Shown here piece after piece: positions 53,276 to 58,911 of a stretch of 58,911 nt of DNA; position 1 is the stretch's first letter; every line of letters begins with the position of its first letter. The DNA is taken from positions 1 to 58,911 of IMG/VR virus record IMGVR_UViG_3300012943_000005; one strand, written 5' to 3'. The notes under the pieces are model-generated. The model saw only the letters and a program-made list of their open reading frames with translations. It had not been told where the DNA came from and ran no database searches. The translations under genes were made by a program, and so were the position numbers. Source of the DNA: a virus (Duplodnaviria > Caudoviricetes).

Positions 53276-56200
53276 CTAGATGTACGAGCCCGCCACGACC
53301 CGGGCGAAAACCTCGGCGGCCACGGCTGCGGGGTCCTTGGTCGGGGTGACGATGGTGACGTTCATCGTCGGCTTCTCCTTGGACGGCTTGCCGGGGATGT
53401 CCAGCCCCTGGGCGAAGGCCGACAGGGCGCGGACGGACGGGTCGACCTGGGACAGGGACCGGTTCAACGGCACCACCGCCTCCGGCCCGGCCTCGCCGAT
53501 CCAGGACAGCATCGGGCCGTGGGTGATCGACCCTCTCGCGAGCCCGGCGACAGCACCTGCGGCCGACGCGATCACGTCGCCGTTGCGCGGGTCGGTGATG
53601 ATGGCCTTCACCCTGGGCCGCTTGATCTCGGGGATGATCACGTCCACCGTGACGGTGACCTTGCCGATGGCCCGCTCGATGTCCTTGTCCAGGCCGTCGA
53701 ACTGGTTCACGATGCCCTGGGCCACCCGGTGAGCCTCCTTGACGCCCCCCTGACCCCAGTCGGAGACGGCACCGCTGAGGCTGCCAGCCTCCTTCATCGA
53801 AGCGGAGGCGAGGCCGGAGAACTGGTCAGCCATCTTGTCCGCGGTGGCGTCGGCGGCGGGCGGACCGCCCGCCAGCCAGTTCTTGGCTGCCTTGGCGAAG
53901 TCCCCGGCCTTGCTGAAGATCTTGCCCGCAAGCCCGATGAACTTGCCGATGATGTCGGTGACGATCTGGGCAGCCTTGCCGGCCATGCCCTTGATCCAGG
54001 TCCACGCAGCCGCGGCGGCGTCGCCCGCCTGGGTGAACAGCTTGGCTGCCAGCCCGATGAAGGCGGCAGCGATCTTGCCGACGACCTCGGCAGCCTTGGC
54101 CACCATGCCGATGATCCAGGTGCCGAAGGCCACGACGGTGTCCGCGATGGCCTGTGCGATGGCGGTGGGCAGCTTGAAGAACCAGCCGATGATGGCGTTG
54201 ATCAGATCCGGGATCAGGCTGTTGCCCACCAACCAGTTGTAGAGGTCGATGAAGGGCTTCTTGATCGGGTCGAGGAACCCTGACATGTCGGGCCAGTGGA
54301 AGGCACCGAAGGTGTTGGCCCACTGCTCACTGATCCAGGTCCCAAGATCAGTGAAGAGGCCTTTGATCCAAGTGCCCAGAGCAGTGAAGGCGGCCTCGAT
54401 GGCAGGTGCCGGGTCGAAGTTGTCAACCCACTCGTTGAGTGCCCGAGCAGCTCCATTGATCCAGTCGGGGAAGCCCAGGAAGACGGCCTTGATCGTGGCC
54501 CCGACCGTCCGCCAGAAGTTCTGGATCTTCTGACAGACCTCCAGCCACCAGGTGAGCACGCCGACCGCGTCGGTGAGAGCGCCGATGATGCCGTTGATGA
54601 TCCCGAGGATGTCCATCAGCAACTGGCGGGACACCGGGGTGTCCAAGGCGTCGATGAACTCGACCACCGACACGACGATCTCGCCGAGCTTCTCCCCCAG
54701 TCGCTGGGCGTCCTGGAACCACTGGTCGAGGGCCTTCTGGCCCTCCGGGCTGGTCAGCCAGCCGACGATCTCCTTCACCTTGGCTGCGATGTCGCCGAAC
54801 ATCTTGTCCCCGTAGGGCTGCCCGGACCCGAAGATGGTGGCGATCAGGGAGCCGATCGAGCCGATCAGGTCGAACAACACCTTGGCCGAGTCCCACGCCT
54901 TGTTGAAGAAGCCCGCCAGATCGGAGCTACTCCCCCCCTTGCCGAGTTCGACGAACTTGGTCATCAACCCGTCGAGCCAGCCCAGCAGCTCGGAGATGAT
55001 CGGCGACAGGGCGATGAAGGCCTGTCCGAGGCCGAGCAGGAGCTTGCCGCCAATCTGGCCGAGCAGGGTCACCATCGGCCCGAGGGCCGCGGTGATGCCG
55101 GTGATCAGGTCCTTGAAGCCCTTGGTCTCGGCGAAGTCACCGAACTGCTTCAGCAGGCCACCGAGAGCCGCGGACACGGTCTTCACGATGGGCTCCAGGG
55201 ACGTCAGAACCCCGGAGATGACCTCGAACCCGGAGCCATCCTTGCCGAAGATCCCCTCGGCGGCGATCGACTGGAGTTCCTTCCACTCCTTCTTCATGCT
55301 CTTGAAGCCGTCGGTCTTCTTCATCTCCTTGGAGATGCCGGAGATAGCCAAGGCCCCCACGCCGAGGGCAGCAGCGAAGGGCACCATCGCCCCCGCCACG
55401 GCCCCCAGAGCCCCCACCAGGGCGAAGCCCAGGGAGCCCGCCAGGGCCAGGATCAGACCGGTGGCCAGCGAGACGGCGGCCCCCAGAGCGGGCAGAGTCA
55501 CCGACAGGGTGGTGATCGCCAGTGCGATGGCCGCTGCCAGGGCGATCAGCCCTGGCAGTCCGGTGGACGCAACCCCACCGAGAGTCTGGATGAAGGCCTG
55601 AAAACCCTTCGACCCCTCGTCCATCCGCATCTTGACCTCGCCGGCGAACCCCGCCAGACCCGCCTTGGCGGTGGCCACGAAGCCGAGGATCGCCGCCCCG
55701 GCCCGAGGCAGGATCGACATGAAGCCACCGAAGAAGTTGACGAAGTCGTTGCGCGAGCCGCGGCCGAAGAGTCGGCCGGTCCAGTCGCCGGAACCCTTGA
55801 TCACACCGCTGAACCGGGATAGCACCGGGGTCGCCCGGGAGATGTTGCGGTGCAGCTCGCGGAAGCGGGCGGTCAGGTCGGCGCTCGGCCCCTGGATCTG
55901 GACCATCCGCTCGCGCAGCCGGACCAGCTCCTTCCGCAGGTCGGCTCGCGTGCCGACGCCGCGCTCGATGCCCTGGGTGTAACGCTCGACCGAGCCGCCG
56001 AGCTCATTCCACATGCGCTCCTGGTCATCGACGATCTGACGGGTCGCCTTGGCCAGATCGGGTCGGAGGTTGGCCAGCCGGTTGGTCAGTCCGGTGTAGT
56101 CGATCTGGCCGGACTGCAGAGCCTCGTTGAGGTTCTTGATGACCACCAGGCCGACGTCGCCGTGGTCGCGCTCGATCTGCTCCTTGATCCCGTCGAGGAT

Positions 56201-56476
56201 GCCCTCGCCCGCCTCGCCGCCCATGATGCGGCCCTCGGCGTTCCACCGGCCACGCCCCCGCTGGAACGCCTCCATGACGGTCTCGGAGTCCTCCGAGCCG
56301 ACCTTCTCCATCTCGTCGGAGAAGCCACGCCGGTAGTCTGCACCGTGGTCGCGTCCGATCTCCTCGAACTGGGACTCGCTGTTACGCAGCTGGCGTCGCA
56401 GGTCCTCGTCGAACCCGGTGCCGTCGGCGAGGACGCGGACGTACGCCGTCCCGATCGTCTCCCCGCGAAGCGGCAC
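53276..56476 (-). CDS. Tape measure protein
   Basis: 1066 aa; IGTAYVRV start, long amphipathic helices, IGEAGPEAVVPL. Confidence 0.92.
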   Translation of the reverse strand: MPLRGETIGTAYVRVLADGTGFDEDLRRQLRNSESQFEEIGRDHGADYRRGFSDEMEKVGSEDSETVMEAFQRGRGRWNAEGRIMGGEAGEGILDGIKEQIERDHGDVGLVVIKNLNEALQSGQIDYTGLTNRLANLRPDLAKATRQIVDDQERMWNELGGSVERYTQGIERGVGTRADLRKELVRLRERMVQIQGPSADLTARFRELHRNISRATPVLSRFSGVIKGSGDWTGRLFGRGSRNDFVNFFGGFMSILPRAGAAILGFVATAKAGLAGFAGEVKMRMDEGSKGFQAFIQTLGGVASTGLPGLIALAAAIALAITTLSVTLPALGAAVSLATGLILALAGSLGFALVGALGAVAGAMVPFAAALGVGALAISGISKEMKKTDGFKSMKKEWKELQSIAAEGIFGKDGSGFEVISGVLTSLEPIVKTVSAALGGLLKQFGDFAETKGFKDLITGITAALGPMVTLLGQIGGKLLLGLGQAFIALSPIISELLGWLDGLMTKFVELGKGGSSSDLAGFFNKAWDSAKVLFDLIGSIGSLIATIFGSGQPYGDKMFGDIAAKVKEIVGWLTSPEGQKALDQWFQDAQRLGEKLGEIVVSVVEFIDALDTPVSRQLLMDILGIINGIIGALTDAVGVLTWWLEVCQKIQNFWRTVGATIKAVFLGFPDWINGAARALNEWVDNFDPAPAIEAAFTALGTWIKGLFTDLGTWISEQWANTFGAFHWPDMSGFLDPIKKPFIDLYNWLVGNSLIPDLINAIIGWFFKLPTAIAQAIADTVVAFGTWIIGMVAKAAEVVGKIAAAFIGLAAKLFTQAGDAAAAAWTWIKGMAGKAAQIVTDIIGKFIGLAGKIFSKAGDFAKAAKNWLAGGPPAADATADKMADQFSGLASASMKEAGSLSGAVSDWGQGGVKEAHRVAQGIVNQFDGLDKDIERAIGKVTVTVDVIIPEIKRPRVKAIITDPRNGDVIASAAGAVAGLARGSITHGPMLSWIGEAGPEAVVPLNRSLSQVDPSVRALSAFAQGLDIPGKPSKEKPTMNVTIVTPTKDPAAVAAEVFARVVAGSYI

Positions 56477-56486
56477 TGCTCCTCCT

Positions 56487-56498
56487 TTATCCGGCTAA
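56487..56498 (-). repeat. Junction palindrome with 0-nt spacer (TTAGCCGGATAA on minus)
   Basis: Contains the chaperone TAG stop; adjoins the tape measure RBS. Confidence 0.8.
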
Positions 56499-56785
56499 GC
56501 CCGACGACCTGCGTGCGCCGCCATCGTGGCCATGAAGTCGGCCCCCTCGTCCTCCGCCTGGAACGGGGTGGGAGCGACCCTCTCCTGACCGGGCAGCGGC
56601 TCGGACAGCATCATCTCCCACTCCTCCCGCTTGTCGTCTGCGATCCGCTCCACACACCAGGCGTAGACCAGGTTCATGAACCGGTGCGGCGGCTGGCGGA
56701 TCAGGTCAAGGCTGGCGTACGCCGCGTCGATTTCTTCCCACCTTTGGGCGGCGAGGAGGTAGAGCCGGAGAGTGACTGGAAAGGG
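56495..56785 (-). CDS. Tail assembly chaperone, -1 frameshifted extension
   Basis: Open -1 frame after the slippery heptamer CCCTTTC. Confidence 0.75.
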   Translation of the reverse strand, partial: PFPVTLRLYLLAAQRWEEIDAAYASLDLIRQPPHRFMNLVYAWCVERIADDKREEWEMMLSEPLPGQERVAPTPFQAEDEGADFMATMAAHAGRRA

Positions 56786-57102
56786 CGGCCGCCCCACTCC
56801 TCGACCATCCAGTTCAGGATCTCGACGATCTTGGTGACCGGGATGATGCTCTCCCGACTCATCATCCGGCTCACCACGTAGCGCTCGGACTCCTCATCGA
56901 GCACCTGGATGAAGAAGTCGATCACGCCCGCGAACTGGTCCAGGTTCGAGGTGTGCCTGCCCAGCGACATGACCAGGAGGGCGTACTGCCCCTCAGTCGG
57001 TTTGTAGGCCCGCATCTCGTGGCCGTCGATGGAGAAGACCAACGGCTCCTCCTCGGTCTCCTCGGACTTCTCGACCGCTGTGACGAACTCGCGTGCTGGC
57101 AC
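56701..57102 (-). CDS. Tail assembly chaperone
   Basis: 133 aa upstream of the tape measure; GGAGG RBS. Confidence 0.8.
   Translation of the reverse strand: MPAREFVTAVEKSEETEEEPLVFSIDGHEMRAYKPTEGQYALLVMSLGRHTSNLDQFAGVIDFFIQVLDEESERYVVSRMMSRESIIPVTKIVEILNWMVEEWGGRPFQSLSGSTSSPPKGGKKSTRRTPALT
56779..56785 (-). other. Programmed -1 frameshift site C CCT TTC
   Basis: X XXY YYZ heptamer in the correct frame. Confidence 0.75.
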
Positions 57103-57178
57103 CGTGCCTCCTGGGGTGGACTCGACCTGAGCCTAGGGAGGCTGGTGAGGTCACGACAGTCCCCCGACACCGGTGCAG

Positions 57179-57688
57179 TCAGATGTTCAGCGGGAAGGCG
57201 GGCAGCCCCGGATGCTTACCGGCGGTCACCACCCACGCCTTCTCCAGGAAGTTGTTCGCCTGCTGACCACGCACCCACATCTTCGGCGTGACCGGCGGAT
57301 GAGGCCGGCGACCGACGGCCATCATCATGCCCGGCACGGGTTTGGCGTAGGTACGGCCGTTCTTGGTCTCGTAGAGGTACTCGATCTGACCCACACCGCC
57401 GGCAGCCCAGGCGGCGGTGGACATGATCGGGGTGTTGGTGCCGCGCAGCACGTAGAAGGTGTGCGGGGCGTGGCTGGAGATGGTGCCCTGGACCCGCTTG
57501 GCCCCGGCGTTGCGCGGGGTGCCGACGAAGATGCCCCGTTTCAGCTCGCCGCTACGGACCGGAGCCAACTCGCGCGCGCTGCGACCGAACGAGCGGGTCA
57601 CCCGACCCACCCAGCGGATCACGATGCCCTTGCCGCGGTACATCGAGCCGGAGGCGATGACGACGGGACCGAGAACAGCCTTGGACAT
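57179..57688 (-). CDS. HK97-gp10-like neck / tail completion protein
   Basis: ARELAPVRSGELKRGI...YVLRGT...V.GQ.ANNFLE.A. Confidence 0.7.
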   Translation of the reverse strand: MSKAVLGPVVIASGSMYRGKGIVIRWVGRVTRSFGRSARELAPVRSGELKRGIFVGTPRNAGAKRVQGTISSHAPHTFYVLRGTNTPIMSTAAWAAGGVGQIEYLYETKNGRTYAKPVPGMMMAVGRRPHPPVTPKMWVRGQQANNFLEKAWVVTAGKHPGLPAFPLNI

Positions 57689-58788
57689 CAGAACACCAAC
57701 ACAGCGATCGGGACGATCCCACCCACGACGCCCCCTTGTGGGCCGAACGGCTGGTACTGGCCGATGATCCAGTCCCTGCTCTGACGGCAGCACGCGATGG
57801 CGCGCCACATGGCGAGCATGTCACCTGCCTGGAGCGTCGCCGCGGCCTGGAGATCCTCCAGACTGGGCGGCTCGTTCGCATCCCCGACCTCGATGCAGCG
57901 GGCGATGCCCAGCTCGATGTCCAGGCCGATCGCTGCCGAGCAGTTGCCGGGCTGCTCGCTGGCGATCCCGATGGTGGTCGAGGGGTAGCTGGCCGTCAGT
58001 CGCACCCAGGCTTGCCCGCAGGCGTCGTCACAGTCGCCGAGGTACTCCAGGGACACCTCCTCGCCCGGCAGCACGCCACAGGCGCAGACCGCGGGCAGGC
58101 CGTCGGTGATGATCTGTGCGCACAGGCAGGTGGCCAGGTCGGACAGCACCTGGCTGATCGGGTCGAGTGTCGATGGCGGCTCAGGGTCGGGTGGGCGCAC
58201 CCCCCGCGCGGTCACGTCGTAGCGGTAGGTGACGGTGGCTCGCCCCTCGGGCACACCTTCGGTGGGCGTCTCTCCGATCGCTGTGACGCCGTAGGTGTAG
58301 GCCAGGGTGGCCGAGCCCTCCGGGACGGCCAGAGCAGGCGTCTCACCGACCACCTGCACGGCCCAGTCGTGAGTGAGGGTCGCGCCACCGGTCGGCACGG
58401 GGTCAGTCGGAGCGACATCGGTGACCGTGACATCGGTGCCGTAGAAGGAACTGTTGAAGGCCAGGGTCGGGAACCCGTCGCCGTTCTCCTTGAACGATCC
58501 CTGGGCATTGCCCGCCGAGTTCACTCCGTTCGGTGCCACCAGGAAGTCGTTGACCGTATTCGGCCCGTTGAAGAACGTCGGGATGGAAACGTAGCCCATG
58601 TAGGGCGGGTCGCTCAGCACCCGGACGTCGACCCGGTAGTGCTGGTTCGGGATCAACTCGTAGGGGGTCGGGAGGTTGATCTCACTCCACCGGTCGTAGC
58701 CGTACGGGGCCTGCCAGATCCGCGGCACCACCTGGACGCCGTTGGCGGCGTCGACGACCCTCCACAGCGACATCCCCCGAGGGGCCAG
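57688..58788 (-). CDS. 3' part of the junction-spanning gene: beta-rich accessory domain plus tail-terminator-like domain
   Basis: C-terminal LATCLC...CGQAWVR...ELGIARC...GPQGGVVGG pattern. Confidence 0.7.
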   Translation of the reverse strand: MAPRGMSLWRVVDAANGVQVVPRIWQAPYGYDRWSEINLPTPYELIPNQHYRVDVRVLSDPPYMGYVSIPTFFNGPNTVNDFLVAPNGVNSAGNAQGSFKENGDGFPTLAFNSSFYGTDVTVTDVAPTDPVPTGGATLTHDWAVQVVGETPALAVPEGSATLAYTYGVTAIGETPTEGVPEGRATVTYRYDVTARGVRPPDPEPPSTLDPISQVLSDLATCLCAQIITDGLPAVCACGVLPGEEVSLEYLGDCDDACGQAWVRLTASYPSTTIGIASEQPGNCSAAIGLDIELGIARCIEVGDANEPPSLEDLQAAATLQAGDMLAMWRAIACCRQSRDWIIGQYQPFGPQGGVVGGIVPIAVLVF

Positions 58789-58911
58789 CGTGCCCAGGGC
58801 GGAGGGGGAGAAGAACCAGAACTGGGTCACCCATGCTTGCTTGGTGACGTAGAACTCGGTCGCCAGGTTGTAGGTGGTCGCCTCGCTGACGATGGAGGTG
58901 AAGCCGGTGAC
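58789..58911. repeat. Terminal direct repeat, copy 2
   Basis: Identical to 1-123. Confidence 0.95.

Overview
The window looks like the complete genome of a high-GC, long-tailed actinobacteriophage (siphovirus-like). Positions 1-123 are repeated exactly at 58789-58911, so it is a circular assembly of about 58,788 bp. Virion genes lie mostly on the minus strand (about 46.9-58.9 kb and 0.1-18.9 kb): terminase, portal, MuF/protease fusion, hexamer- and pentamer-type capsid proteins, major tail, a frameshifted tail chaperone, tape measure and minor tails. Their organisation resembles mycobacteriophage cluster B-type virions. A lysis and decoration block sits between the protease and the capsid gene, and a plus-strand tail-fibre cassette sits at 19.0-22.5 kb. 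The plus-strand arm (25-46.9 kb) carries many small genes plus SSB, an HTH replication initiator with iterons, a DnaB-N/AAA helicase, a Rad52-like annealing protein and a PD-(D/E)xK exonuclease. I recognised no integrase, DNA polymerase, tRNA or CRISPR array. The most notable features are: (1) about 25 copies of a quasi-palindrome TTA(G/T)CC-N0-2-GG(A/C)TAA, mostly at gene junctions and mostly co-oriented with transcription; (2) an antisense HNH gene inserted into a holin-like gene and carrying a synonymously recoded replacement 5' end; (3) a four-domain endolysin whose GH25 domain appears nested inside an SH3 domain; (4) a CTAG-rich island at the strand switch. All product calls come from motif recognition by eye; no database search was run.
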